A DNA stretch of 64,000 nucleotides from an uncultured Gemmatimonadaceae bacterium (GTDB lineage Bacteria; Gemmatimonadota; Gemmatimonadetes; Gemmatimonadales; GWC2-71-9), in assembly GCA_964599725.1 (NCBI GenBank), contig CAZRGT010000016.1, forward strand, positions 34,351 through 98,350, given 5' to 3'. Made by a program: the position numbers and the translations under genes. This document shows positions 11,558 through 21,174 of this stretch, piece by piece (position 1 is the first letter of the stretch; each line of letters starts with the position of its first letter). A model generated the notes under the pieces. The model made no database searches. It was not told where the DNA came from and saw only the letters and a program-made list of their open reading frames with translations.

Positions 11558-14080
11558 CTACCGCGTGGACCTCGCCCCGACGAGGGCCTGGAAGCGGGGT
11601 TCATCCTGCAGTCCGCGCCACCACCAGCCCACGTCCACACCGGGCCCGAAGTGACCCGGATGGCCTGCGGCGAAGCGCTTCAGAATCGCGATCGCTTCGT
11701 CCTTGTCCCCGAGGAGGACGTAGCTGTACGCGACGATGGTCGTGAGATCCTCGTTGGGGTCTACCTCGTGCGTGAGTCCCGCGCGCGCCCGGCGCAGCAC
11801 GTTCCGCGCGCTATCGCCGAGCCCCGCGCGCGCGAGCACACCCCCGACCCTCAATTGCCCGTACAAGCGTTCGTACGGCCGACGATCCGCGGGCGCCAGC
11901 GTGTCCAGCCCGGCCGCCTCCTGCCACGCTCGACCGACATCCGGCGCCACCCCCGGCGTCACCAGCAGATCGAGCTGACATTCCGCGAAGCGGAAGTCCT
12001 GGGGGAAGCGCCGGCCGCCCTCGTCGCACCAGCGCTGGGCCTGCGTGAATTGCTCGAGGTCGAGCGAGCCGTTGACCAGCCGATACAAGACCAGGTTGGC
12101 CACGCTGAGGTAGGCGTCCTCTTCATAGGCCCGGCGGGCCGCCAGGATCGCCGCCGCCACGTCGTCGAATTGGTAATACAAGTGGCTGAGCGTGGCGTGC
12201 GCGCTCGCCAGCGCCGGGTCCAGCCCGACCGCGGTCTCGAGATCCTGCCGGGCGTCGCTCAAGAGCTTCGCGCGCTCGGTTGGGTCGGGCGTCACGGCAA
12301 GAATGTAGTGCCAGTAGCGCAGGTTCCCCCGCAGCTCGAGCGCCTTCGGGTCGTTCGGGGCGATCTCCAACGCCCGCGCCGTGTGCCGCAACCCGTCCTC
12401 GATGTGCTCCACCGCCGCCTTGGGGTCGCTCTCGGCCAACCGCGATTGCCGGTAGGCTATCCCGGCCCGCAAGATGAGCGGCTCGGTCCATTGCGGATCG
12501 AGCGCCGCGGCCTGGACCCCCAGCGTATCGGCGCGCGCGAACGCCCGCACGGCGCCCGCCATGCTGTCCGCCACGAGGTACGCCTCGGCGTCCTTACGCG
12601 ACTTCTCGGCCTGCTGCACGAGCACCCACGCCTGTAGTTCCTTGGTACCGGCGCGCTGCTCCCGGAGCCGCACTTCCTGACCCAGCCGGGTGCGCAGGAA
12701 TCCGGCCACCCGCCGCACCAGCGTGTCCCGGACCGCCAGCAGGTTGCCGCCAGGCTCTTCAAAACTCTGCCGGTCCACGTCCGCGCCGCTCGCTCCGTCC
12801 ACCAGGCGAGCCGCAACCCTCACGCGCCCCCCAACCTCCTCCACGCTGCCCTGAATGAGGCTCCCCACGTGCAGGGCCCGCGCGATGCTGTCGCCCGATA
12901 GCGTACTGCCCCGATAGGCCGCGACGCCGTTCTTGGAGATTACCTGCAGCCCCGGCACGCTGCCGAGTTGGTCGATCAATGCTTCCGTGAGCCCGTCGGC
13001 GAGATAGCCCAGGGAGGAATCCCGACTCAAGTCCTCGAAATAGCGTACCGCGATATTGCGCGGATCGAGAGCGCCCAGGGCGACGCCGCCTGCAGGCTTC
13101 GGGGCGAGAAAACGGCGAGCTCCCCACGCCACAACTGCGAGCAGCAGCACCGCCGGCACCGCCCAGAGGAGGCGGCGTCGCCCGCCGCCTGCCCGTTTTG
13201 GCGCCTCCGCGACCTCGCCGGTCCGGCGCCGCACCGCAGCCGTCACGGTGGATGGCGCGGCGAGCGCCTCAGCGAACATGATGACCGTCGGGAAGCGGTC
13301 GGCGGGGACCTTGGCCAGCGCCCGCATCAGCGCGGCTTCCATTGTCTCAGGGATCGTGTCCCGCACGATCGACGGCGGCGACACCACGGCCATCGAGTGC
13401 CGGGCGATGATCGCCTGCACGTTCGGGCCCGTGAACGGCGGCTGGCCCACCAGCATCTCGTAGACAACGCACGCAAGACTGTACTGGTCGCTGCGTCCAT
13501 CGATGACGTCACCGGTGCTCTGCTCGGTGCTCATGTATGCCGGCGTGCCGATGACCGTTCCGGTCTGCGTCAGCTGCTGCTGTTCCACGGCCGAGGCGGC
13601 CCGGGCGATTCCGAAGTCGGCCACCACCGCGCTGCCCCCGGACAGCATGATGTTCTCGGGTTTGATGTCCCGATGGACGACGTCGTGGCTGTGAGCGTAC
13701 CCCAGCGCACTCGCGACCTCGGACGTGATCTTGATGACGTCCTCTTGCGGCAGCTGCTTCTCACGGTCCAGGCGGTCCCGGAGCGACTCGCCCTCGACGA
13801 ACGGCATGACGTAGAAGAGCGAGCCCGCCGCTTCCCCCGAGTCATACAACGGCAGGATGTGGGGGTGCTGCAGCCGGGCGGCGATCTCGATTTCGCGCAG
13901 GAAACGATCGGGACCGATCGCGGCCGAGATGTCCGGATGGAGGACCTTGATGGCCACTTTGCGGCGGTGTTTCAGGTCTTCGGCCAGATACACCGTAGCC
14001 ATACCGCCGCGTCCCACCTCCCGCTCCAGGGCATAGCGGTCGGCGAGAGCGTCGCGCAGCGTGTCGAAGAGGTCGCTCAA
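11558..14080 (-). CDS. Membrane Hanks-type Ser/Thr kinase with extracytoplasmic TolB-N-like and TPR-like region
   Basis: GRGGMATVY, VAIK, HRDIKPEN, DFG, GTPAYM; one TM segment; IAVRYFEDLS; probable TTG start 14080. Confidence 0.9.
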   Translation of the reverse strand: MSDLFDTLRDALADRYALEREVGRGGMATVYLAEDLKHRRKVAIKVLHPDISAAIGPDRFLREIEIAARLQHPHILPLYDSGEAAGSLFYVMPFVEGESLRDRLDREKQLPQEDVIKITSEVASALGYAHSHDVVHRDIKPENIMLSGGSAVVADFGIARAASAVEQQQLTQTGTVIGTPAYMSTEQSTGDVIDGRSDQYSLACVVYEMLVGQPPFTGPNVQAIIARHSMAVVSPPSIVRDTIPETMEAALMRALAKVPADRFPTVIMFAEALAAPSTVTAAVRRRTGEVAEAPKRAGGGRRRLLWAVPAVLLLAVVAWGARRFLAPKPAGGVALGALDPRNIAVRYFEDLSRDSSLGYLADGLTEALIDQLGSVPGLQVISKNGVAAYRGSTLSGDSIARALHVGSLIQGSVEEVGGRVRVAARLVDGASGADVDRQSFEEPGGNLLAVRDTLVRRVAGFLRTRLGQEVRLREQRAGTKELQAWVLVQQAEKSRKDAEAYLVADSMAGAVRAFARADTLGVQAAALDPQWTEPLILRAGIAYRQSRLAESDPKAAVEHIEDGLRHTARALEIAPNDPKALELRGNLRYWHYILAVTPDPTERAKLLSDARQDLETAVGLDPALASAHATLSHLYYQFDDVAAAILAARRAYEEDAYLSVANLVLYRLVNGSLDLEQFTQAQRWCDEGGRRFPQDFRFAECQLDLLVTPGVAPDVGRAWQEAAGLDTLAPADRRPYERLYGQLRVGGVLARAGLGDSARNVLRRARAGLTHEVDPNEDLTTIVAYSYVLLGDKDEAIAILKRFAAGHPGHFGPGVDVGWWWRGLQDEPRFQALVGARSTR

Positions 14081-14189
14081 GAGGTCATGGGCGGCACGCC
14101 CGAACGATACGACCGGTGCCCCGGTGTCGCCACGCCTACGCCCCCGCTCTTGTCCGAAGCCCACCCGCCACCCTACTAATAGAGAGCCG

Positions 14190-15983
14190 ATGACCCGCCC
14201 ATCCCTCTCGTTCCAGGGGCCGCTCGCGCGTGCTCCGAGTATCACGCGTCTCTTCATCGCGACTTTTGTCGCGGTGGCGCTGGCGGGGTTCACGATCACC
14301 CTTCTCTCCTGGCTCGGCGCGCGACGCACCGAGCGCTCCACCATGGCGATGCTCGCCACGCTCGATCGGCTGCACACCTTGGCTCCCCAGCCAGCGTTGG
14401 ACACGGAGCGCGACCGGATCCGGGCCATCGCGGAGGATTTGAACGACGAGGCGCAGCAAGCGGCCCTGGCGACCACCATCATCTTCGTCGCCGTCCTCGC
14501 CTCCCTCGGCATCGGACTGGTGTACAGCCGCCGCCGATTGGCCGAGCCGTTCGGTGAAATCGTGGCGGCACTGGAGCGGGTGGCGACCGGAGAGTACGGC
14601 GTGCGCCTCCCGGAGCAGACCTCGGAGGAGTTTCTCGCTCTCGCCCAGGGCGTGAATCGAATGGGGGAGACCCTCGCCTGGCGGGAGCGGATTCAGGATT
14701 ACCAGTCGCGACTGCTCGGCGCCCTCAACGCCACCACGCGGGAAGGCTCCGGGCTGGCCCCCGCCCTCGACGTTCTGGCCGAGGCGACGCAGGCGTCCGG
14801 ACTCGTCTTGTACCAACCGGACTATGAAGCGAACGAATGGAGTCCCACCGCCGCGCGCGGCGCGGAGCCGCGGTCCGTGTCCCGGATCGTGGTGCGCGAG
14901 CTGATCGGCGATGGCACGGCCGGCGTGCTGCACCTGGCGGGCGAACAGAACACCGTCGCCCGCCAGAAGCTGCAACTTCCGGCCACGCCGAGCCACGAAG
15001 TGGCGGTTGCCCCGTTACGAACCGCGGGGCGGCTCGCCGGGCTCCTGGTCGCGATTCCACCCGACAGCTTCAGTTCCGACCAGATGGACGCCTTGGCGCT
15101 CGCGCTCCCGAACCTGGCCATCGCCTGCGAGCGGGAGTCGGCGTTTCAGCACACCCGCCGGCTCGCGACGGAGGTGCGGCGGACCGCGCAGTATCTGGAG
15201 GAGCAATCCGACGAGCTCACTCGGCTGAACGAGGAGCTGGCCAAGGCGAACCGCCTGAAGAGCGATTTCCTGGCCAACATGTCGCACGAACTGCGCACGC
15301 CGTTGAACAGCATCATCGGCTTCAGCGACATGCTCCTGACCCAAGAAGTCGGCCAACTCAACGGGATGCAACAGGACTTTCTGGAAACCGTGGCGCGCAA
15401 CGGCCGCCACCTGTTGCAGCTCATCAGCGAGCTGCTCGATCTCTCCAAGATCGAGGCCGGGAAGCTGCAGCTCACCCCCGAGTCGCTCGACCTGCGGGAC
15501 CTGTTACGGGAGGCCGCCGAAAGCGTGCGGGCCCAGACCGAGAAGCGACGGCACACGTTGCAGGTCGACACCCCCGCCGAGCCGCTCGTGGTTCCCGCCG
15601 ATCATGTGCGCGTGCGACAGGTGCTGCTCAACCTCCTGTCGAACGCGATCAAGTTCACCCCCGAGGGCGGCCAGGTTCGCCTCCTGGGCCGGGAAGAGGA
15701 CGGAGGAGCCCGGATCGAAGTGATCGACAGCGGCATCGGCATCGCCCTCGAGGATCAATCCAAACTGTTCAAGGAATTCATGCAGGTCGACACATCGGCC
15801 AGCCGCCACTACGAGGGCACGGGCCTCGGACTCGCACTCTGCAAGCGACTGGTGGAGCTGCACGGCGGACGCATCGGCTGTGAGAGCGCGCGCGGTCTCG
15901 GCAGCACGTTCTGGTTCACCCTGCCGCGAGAATCCCCGACATCCGGGGGGGCGCCGCAGGTCCCCACGCAGGGAGGGTCCTGA
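14190..15983 (+). CDS. Sensor histidine kinase (2 TM-HAMP-GAF-like-HisKA-HATPase)
   Basis: FLANMSHELRTPLN, NLLSNAIKFT, DSGIGI, GTGLGL. Confidence 0.93.
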   Translation: MTRPSLSFQGPLARAPSITRLFIATFVAVALAGFTITLLSWLGARRTERSTMAMLATLDRLHTLAPQPALDTERDRIRAIAEDLNDEAQQAALATTIIFVAVLASLGIGLVYSRRRLAEPFGEIVAALERVATGEYGVRLPEQTSEEFLALAQGVNRMGETLAWRERIQDYQSRLLGALNATTREGSGLAPALDVLAEATQASGLVLYQPDYEANEWSPTAARGAEPRSVSRIVVRELIGDGTAGVLHLAGEQNTVARQKLQLPATPSHEVAVAPLRTAGRLAGLLVAIPPDSFSSDQMDALALALPNLAIACERESAFQHTRRLATEVRRTAQYLEEQSDELTRLNEELAKANRLKSDFLANMSHELRTPLNSIIGFSDMLLTQEVGQLNGMQQDFLETVARNGRHLLQLISELLDLSKIEAGKLQLTPESLDLRDLLREAAESVRAQTEKRRHTLQVDTPAEPLVVPADHVRVRQVLLNLLSNAIKFTPEGGQVRLLGREEDGGARIEVIDSGIGIALEDQSKLFKEFMQVDTSASRHYEGTGLGLALCKRLVELHGGRIGCESARGLGSTFWFTLPRESPTSGGAPQVPTQGGS

Positions 15984-16387
15984 TGGCCACCATCGTCGTA
16001 GTGGAGGATCAACCGGACAGCTTGAAGCTCCTTTCCACGCTGCTGTCACTGCGTGGACACCTCGTGATTCCGCTGGCCAGCGGCGACGGACTGATTGAAA
16101 CGATGCGCCGGCCGTCTCCCCCACCGGATCTCGTGCTGCTCGATATCCAGCTCCCCGGTCGAGATGGGTATGCGTTGCTGCAGGATCTGAAGGCACTCGA
16201 GGGCGACCACCGCTGGAAGGTGGTCGCCCTCACGGCGCACGCGATGCCGGCGGATCGCGCGAAGGCCCTCGCCGCCGGCTTCGACGGCTACATCACGAAG
16301 CCGATCGACATCAGGACGTTCCCGACCGAGGTCGCGGCGCACTTGCCGGCGGGACCGGGGGGGGAGGGACCGGCGGGCGTGGCGTAG
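15983..16387 (+). CDS. Single-domain response regulator (CheY/DivK-like)
   Basis: VVED, LLDIQLP, LTA, YITKPI; TGATG overlap with kinase. Confidence 0.93.
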   Translation: MATIVVVEDQPDSLKLLSTLLSLRGHLVIPLASGDGLIETMRRPSPPPDLVLLDIQLPGRDGYALLQDLKALEGDHRWKVVALTAHAMPADRAKALAAGFDGYITKPIDIRTFPTEVAAHLPAGPGGEGPAGVA

Positions 16388-17306
16388 TGGCCGGCCGCGG
16401 CGGCGTGGGCGCCATCCCGAGCTTCCGCAGCTCCACGTCGCCGGTCACGGTGGTGAGCTTGATGGTGCGACCACCCTTCCCCAGCGTGCCCGCAATCGCG
16501 TGTGACGCGAACTTGCCCGAGACGACCAGCGGATAGTCGCTCGCAATGTCTCCCGCGACGGTATGGCCCTCCACAACGGCATCCACGTTGTCCGGCAGGA
16601 CGACGACGGCATCCCCGTGCACGGTTGTGACGTTGACGTCGCCCGGATCAGCAAAACCACGCATCGTCGCGTTCACGTCGCCGTTGACAGTCGCCGCCCG
16701 GACCGGACCGGCGCTTGTTTCGACCGTGATGTCGCCATTGACCGTGCCGACGACAACCGGCGCCGAGACACCGTTGACTTTGACATCGCCGTTCACGGTG
16801 GACGCGTCCAGCTTGACGCCGCGCGGCAACTGCACGGTAAACACCACGGCGACGTCGTTGCCGTGCAATCCGCCCTCAGTGGAATAGTGGCCGTCGGGTC
16901 CGCACTCGACCGCGTGCCCGGGCCACATCGCACACACGGTGAGACCGCGTTCCGATTCGGCGGTGACGATCCGCACCGAATCGACCCGCGAATGCTTGTA
17001 ACTGCGATCGGCGACGATCTGGACCTGCCGGCCTTCGCCGGGCTCCACGGCAATCGAGCCATTGATGTTGCGGAGCCACAGCGTGCGCTGGACCGGGACC
17101 GCCGTCACGTAGCTCCAGGGTTCGGCGTGGTGGCGGTCCGGCGCCAGAAAATCCGTGTCGAACTGCTGACGGAGCCCTTCCAACTGAGTGCGTCCGCGCC
17201 CCACCAAGCGGAGGACGAACAACCCGCCAACGATTACGATCCCGAAGATCATTGCGCCGCGCAGAATCTCTCCGCGCCACCGTAGCCAGAATTCCTTGCC
17301 GTTCAT
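16311..17306 (-). CDS. DUF4097-like (putative adhesin beta-repeat) membrane-anchored protein
   Basis: N-terminal TM; repeated STVNGDV/TVNGDI/TVHGD/TVTGDVEL; Pro-rich tail. Confidence 0.85.
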   Translation of the reverse strand: MNGKEFWLRWRGEILRGAMIFGIVIVGGLFVLRLVGRGRTQLEGLRQQFDTDFLAPDRHHAEPWSYVTAVPVQRTLWLRNINGSIAVEPGEGRQVQIVADRSYKHSRVDSVRIVTAESERGLTVCAMWPGHAVECGPDGHYSTEGGLHGNDVAVVFTVQLPRGVKLDASTVNGDVKVNGVSAPVVVGTVNGDITVETSAGPVRAATVNGDVNATMRGFADPGDVNVTTVHGDAVVVLPDNVDAVVEGHTVAGDIASDYPLVVSGKFASHAIAGTLGKGGRTIKLTTVTGDVELRKLGMAPTPPRPATTPRPPVPPPPVPPASAPRPRSGTS

Positions 17307-17349
17307 ATGAAGCCCCCCGCAGGGTGACGATGCCAAAGCTCGCCGACCC

Positions 17350-17375
17350 TACGGGGGGTGGAAAGTGCCGGTTTC
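17350..17375 (-). promoter_or_regulatory. ECF-sigma-type promoter for DUF4097 gene
   Basis: GAAAC-N17-CGTA. Confidence 0.45.
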
Positions 17376-17399
17376 GAGTCAGTTCAGGCCCGGCGGGAC

Positions 17400-17654
17400 T
17401 CAGCTCCCACCCGACGAGCAGGTGGACCCCGCAGGCGTCGCCAGTCCGACCGGGGCAACGCCCTCGACCAGGATAGGCGCCAGTGTGCCGCCATACCAGA
17501 GGCGACCCGTCGGCACCAGCGAGGGCGGCCCCGACTCCGTCTTGAGGGGCGAGTTCCGAGAATGTGATGCCCGCTCACCCGCAATGGCCCGGCCGCCCGC
17601 CAGCGCGACGCCGAGACTCAGGATTGACACGAGCGCCAGTGAGATGGTCCTCAT
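17400..17654 (-). CDS. Small secreted hypothetical protein (84 aa)
   Basis: AAGGAGG RBS, signal-peptide-like MRTISLALVSILSLGVALAG, WYGGTLAPILVEG motif. Confidence 0.7.
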   Translation of the reverse strand: MRTISLALVSILSLGVALAGGRAIAGERASHSRNSPLKTESGPPSLVPTGRLWYGGTLAPILVEGVAPVGLATPAGSTCSSGGS

Positions 17655-17682
17655 AATGCCTCCTTGATTTCTCATCTCGTAT

Positions 17683-17708
17683 GACGCAACCGCGCTTCCG
17701 ATCGTTGC
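17683..17708 (-). promoter_or_regulatory. ECF-sigma-type promoter for small protein
   Basis: GCAAC-N17-CGTC. Confidence 0.45.
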
Positions 17709-17752
17709 GGCAACGGTGTCCGAGACGCGTCAGGGCTATTAGCTTTGCTGCC

Positions 17753-18523
17753 GTGACCGGCCTCGCGCGATTCCGGGATCTCCTCACTCAGCTCATTCTC
17801 CGGGACCTGAAGTCCCGCTATAAGCAGACCTATTTCGGGGCGCTGTGGGTGTTCGGCCGCCCGCTGGTCGAGCTGGGCGTGTACGTGCTCGTGTTCGGGG
17901 CGTTTCTTCGTGCACCGTCGGACGGCGTGCCGTACCCGCTGTTCGCGTTCTCCGGTGTCGTGCTGTGGAGTTTCGTCTCCGGCGCCATCTCTCGCGGCGC
18001 CCGCAGCGTCCAAGGTGAGGGAGGCCTCGTCGCCCACGCACCGTTTCCCAAGGCGACGCTGCCCCTGGCGGCGATCGTAGGGGCGTTGCTCGATTCCCTC
18101 CTCGCCGCCGCCATGTTGGGCCTGCTGCTCGCCGTCCAACACGTCGTTCCGTCCCCGAGCGCCTGGCTGTTGCTGCCGATTGTCGCGATCCTCGGCATCA
18201 TGGTCACGGGGCTGGTGTTGATCGGCTCGGCGCTGAACGTCTTCTATCGCGACGTCGGACATCTGGTCGATCTCGGAGTGCGTGTCTGGCTGCTGCTCAC
18301 ACCGGTCGCTTATGCCCGCTCGGTGGTGCCCCCACAGTATCAGACGCTTTACAACCTCAATCCGCTCGTTTCGCTGTTCGACCTCGCCCGAGCCGCCCTG
18401 CTGGGCACGGGGGTGGTTCGTCCCGAGGCGATGTGGTACCCACTCGGGGTGGGGCTCGTGTTTCTCGCCGTCGGTGTGGTGGTGTTCCGCGCGGCCGAGC
18501 CGTATTTCGCCGAGTCGGTCTAG
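17753..18523 (+). CDS. ABC-2 permease, Wzm/TagG type
   Basis: RDLKSRYKQTYFGALW, FPKATLP, YRDVGHL, LNPL; about six TM segments; GTG start. Confidence 0.92.
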   Translation: MTGLARFRDLLTQLILRDLKSRYKQTYFGALWVFGRPLVELGVYVLVFGAFLRAPSDGVPYPLFAFSGVVLWSFVSGAISRGARSVQGEGGLVAHAPFPKATLPLAAIVGALLDSLLAAAMLGLLLAVQHVVPSPSAWLLLPIVAILGIMVTGLVLIGSALNVFYRDVGHLVDLGVRVWLLLTPVAYARSVVPPQYQTLYNLNPLVSLFDLARAALLGTGVVRPEAMWYPLGVGLVFLAVGVVVFRAAEPYFAESV

Positions 18524-18527
18524 GCTC

Positions 18528-19745
18528 ATGGCGATCACCGTATCGGGAGTCTGGAAGCGCTACCGGCTGCGGAGCGAGTCGCTCAAGGAGCTGGTGATCG
18601 GACTGCTGCCGCGCCGACGACGCGGCCCGCCGCCCCGGCCCAAGTCCCTGTGGGCGTTGTCGGACGTGTCGTTTCATGTGGAGCGCGGCTCGACCTTCGC
18701 CCTGGTGGGAGCCAACGGGTCGGGGAAGTCGACCATGCTCAAACTGATCGCCGCCATGATGAAGCCCACGCGCGGATCGATCCATGTGGACGGCCGGCTG
18801 TCCCTGCTCAGTTTTCTGGGCGGCTCCTTCCATGGCGACCTGACGGGGCGGGAGAACGTCTTCCTGGAAGGGGCGCTGCTCGGCCTCACACGGAAGGAGC
18901 TGCGCGCCAAGCTGGACGCCATTTTCGACTTCGCCGGCCTCGAGGAATTCACCGACGTGCCGGTGAAGTTCTACTCCTCGGGAATGGCGCTCCGGCTCGG
19001 GTTCGCGATCGCGGCGCACATCGAGCCAGAGGTGCTGCTGATCGACGAAGCGTTCGCCGTCGGCGACACGGCATTCCGCGACCGCTGCCTGGGGAAAATG
19101 CTGGACTTCAAGGCGGCGGGCACCACCATGGTTCTGGTGTCACACGAGCGGTACCTGGTCGAGCAGCTGTGCGATACCGCCGTGCTGCTCGACCACGGAC
19201 ACACCGTGGCGAACGGGCGTCCCGAGGAAGTGTTCGCGGCCTACGAGCGGGTCAACGAAGCGGCCGAAGCGGCGACGGACGAAGACGATCTCGAGGGCGA
19301 ACCGGTGCGCTCTCCGCTCCAGATCGAGCGGGTCGAGATCACGGGCGGTGAAGGCGAGGACGTGCCCCTGTTCCGACCCGACGACGCCCTCGTGGCGCGG
19401 GTGCACCTCCGGGCGCAGCGGGACATCTCCGGCGGATCCCTGGGGATCCAGGTCGCGCGCGAATGGCATGTCCTGCACGGGACGCGCTGCAACCGCCAGG
19501 GCATCGAGATCAACGCTCGAGCCGGCGAGCGACTCACACTCGAGATCGAGTACCGCCCGCTCTCGCTGGCGCGCGGGTCCTACGCGCTCCATGTCCTCGT
19601 GTACGAGCACCGACTCGCGGTGGAACCAGTGCTGGTCCTGAAGCGGGCGGCGCGCTTTCGGGTCACGCTCCCTGAGGCGGAGGGCGTGGGCCTCATCCGT
19701 CTCGCCCACACCTGGCGCCTGTTGAACGGCGGCGACGCGCCCTAG
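18528..19745 (+). CDS. ABC ATPase, Wzt/TagH type with C-terminal Wzt_C-like domain
   Basis: GANGSGKST, YSSGM signature, LLIDE, LVSH; about 160-aa C-terminal beta domain. Confidence 0.92.
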   Translation: MAITVSGVWKRYRLRSESLKELVIGLLPRRRRGPPPRPKSLWALSDVSFHVERGSTFALVGANGSGKSTMLKLIAAMMKPTRGSIHVDGRLSLLSFLGGSFHGDLTGRENVFLEGALLGLTRKELRAKLDAIFDFAGLEEFTDVPVKFYSSGMALRLGFAIAAHIEPEVLLIDEAFAVGDTAFRDRCLGKMLDFKAAGTTMVLVSHERYLVEQLCDTAVLLDHGHTVANGRPEEVFAAYERVNEAAEAATDEDDLEGEPVRSPLQIERVEITGGEGEDVPLFRPDDALVARVHLRAQRDISGGSLGIQVAREWHVLHGTRCNRQGIEINARAGERLTLEIEYRPLSLARGSYALHVLVYEHRLAVEPVLVLKRAARFRVTLPEAEGVGLIRLAHTWRLLNGGDAP

Positions 19746-20743
19746 GCGCCGGCACGGGCGCGCTCACTGGTCCACCACGCGAGCGCCTTCCTCAGTCCGC
19801 CGGACGGCTGCAAGTGCCGCAGCACCGCCAGGCGCAGCCCGAGCGCGCGCTCGAGATCGTACGGCGTCACGCGCCCAGCCAGAGCCACCGGTGGCTCCAC
19901 ACCCGCCAGCTGCGTGGCCGCTCCGAGCCACGCTCCCGCGGCTGCCCCGTCCACGATCTCTTTGGCATCCAGTCGGCGTGCGATCTCGGACCAGTCCACC
20001 GGTACACCGCTCGCCCAGATGACCGCCGCATCAAACAGCCGCACCAGTAGGAATGCATAATCGGGAATCAACAGGCTATGCGCCGTGGCGCTCCAGAACA
20101 ACTCCGTTGCCGACGGCACGCGAAACCGGATCCCCGAGCGTTCCACGTCGATCCCCGCATCGTGGTAACGCTGCCAAGCCACGCCCGGGTTCACTCCCTG
20201 AGCGTATGTGGTGTGGAGCTCGACGCCGACCCGGCGTTGACTCCACAGGGTGGGCAAATGGTGATGTTGCGGTCGCGGGGGCTTGGTTGGTGATGTCCGA
20301 TCATATCCCCGCCTCCGGAGGTCATGCCAAACCTCCCGGGCGTGGGCCAGCGGAACCAGAACATCAACGTCATTGGTGACGCGGGCGTCGGCGAACGGAT
20401 AGCGGTCCACGGCGAGCCGTCGCGCCACACCCTTCAAGAACACCGCCGGCATGTCGATCTCATGAAAGATCTCCGCCAATGCCTGCGCCTCCGCTTCGAT
20501 CAGCAGATTCCGAGCGGTCTCTTCACGCGCCTGCGCGGAGACCCACGCAGCCAGCTCCGGGTCGATTCGGTCCATGACCCCCAGTTGGCGGAGCCGTCGG
20601 TACAGCCAAATGGCACACCCCTCGAACGCCACTAGGCGCCTCATCCCTGTCCCCTCGGTGGTCCCCCACGCGGGGGCCAAGTGCTCAGGCGGGAGACCCC
20701 CGCGGAATCGGAGGGTATCGATCAGCAGCCGCGCCGAATTCAC
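19742..20743 (-). CDS. Nucleotidyltransferase family protein (NTP_transf_5-like, as found in lasso/RRE clusters)
   Basis: FLKGVA...Y...R...DVDVLV, HHLP...VELH. Confidence 0.85.
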   Translation of the reverse strand: MNSARLLIDTLRFRGGLPPEHLAPAWGTTEGTGMRRLVAFEGCAIWLYRRLRQLGVMDRIDPELAAWVSAQAREETARNLLIEAEAQALAEIFHEIDMPAVFLKGVARRLAVDRYPFADARVTNDVDVLVPLAHAREVWHDLRRRGYDRTSPTKPPRPQHHHLPTLWSQRRVGVELHTTYAQGVNPGVAWQRYHDAGIDVERSGIRFRVPSATELFWSATAHSLLIPDYAFLLVRLFDAAVIWASGVPVDWSEIARRLDAKEIVDGAAAGAWLGAATQLAGVEPPVALAGRVTPYDLERALGLRLAVLRHLQPSGGLRKALAWWTSERARAGA

Positions 20744-21174
20744 GCTTCGACGACGGCGGGGCGCGCCTCTGGAAACCGGGCGATGACGGTATGGCGTTGC
20801 GGGTGCTCGGGATGGGACTCCAGATAGGGCTCACCACCGCGGACCAGCCAGGCATGGGCCCCCAATGGCGACGGACCGGACTTGTGAACGCCAATCCAGA
20901 GCTCGACCGGGCGGCCGGCGCGACGCAGGAGATGATACAGGACGGCCGCGCGCTTGAGGCAGGTCCGGCGCCACGGATTGGGCAGGTTGCGGAGCAGGCG
21001 GTCCACCCACCGGGCCAGGGATGCGTCGTCCAGATCCTGAGCCGGGGGCCGGCTGCCGCGCCCGCCCAACCAGCCCGCCAGACGGGAGAAGGAAACGAGA
21101 TAGAGCAACGGTGGGACCACGGCCACCATGGCGGTGGCCCGCAGGCGCCACGTCAACGGCAGGCGCGCCGTCAC
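20740..21174 (-). CDS. Lasso-type leader peptidase (B2, transglutaminase-like)
   Basis: TCLKRA catalytic Cys, LWIGV, AHAW catalytic His; GTGA overlap. Confidence 0.9.
   Translation of the reverse strand: MTARLPLTWRLRATAMVAVVPPLLYLVSFSRLAGWLGGRGSRPPAQDLDDASLARWVDRLLRNLPNPWRRTCLKRAAVLYHLLRRAGRPVELWIGVHKSGPSPLGAHAWLVRGGEPYLESHPEHPQRHTVIARFPEARPAVVEA

Noticed and set aside
13520-13540. Ser/Thr kinase subdomain VIII reads YMSTEQ rather than YMSPEQ
   Set aside because: Single substitution with all catalytic residues intact; not enough to call a pseudokinase.
14150-14180. Possible promoter TTGTCC...TACTAAT before the histidine kinase
   Set aside because: No spacing gives a proper TAnnnT hexamer.
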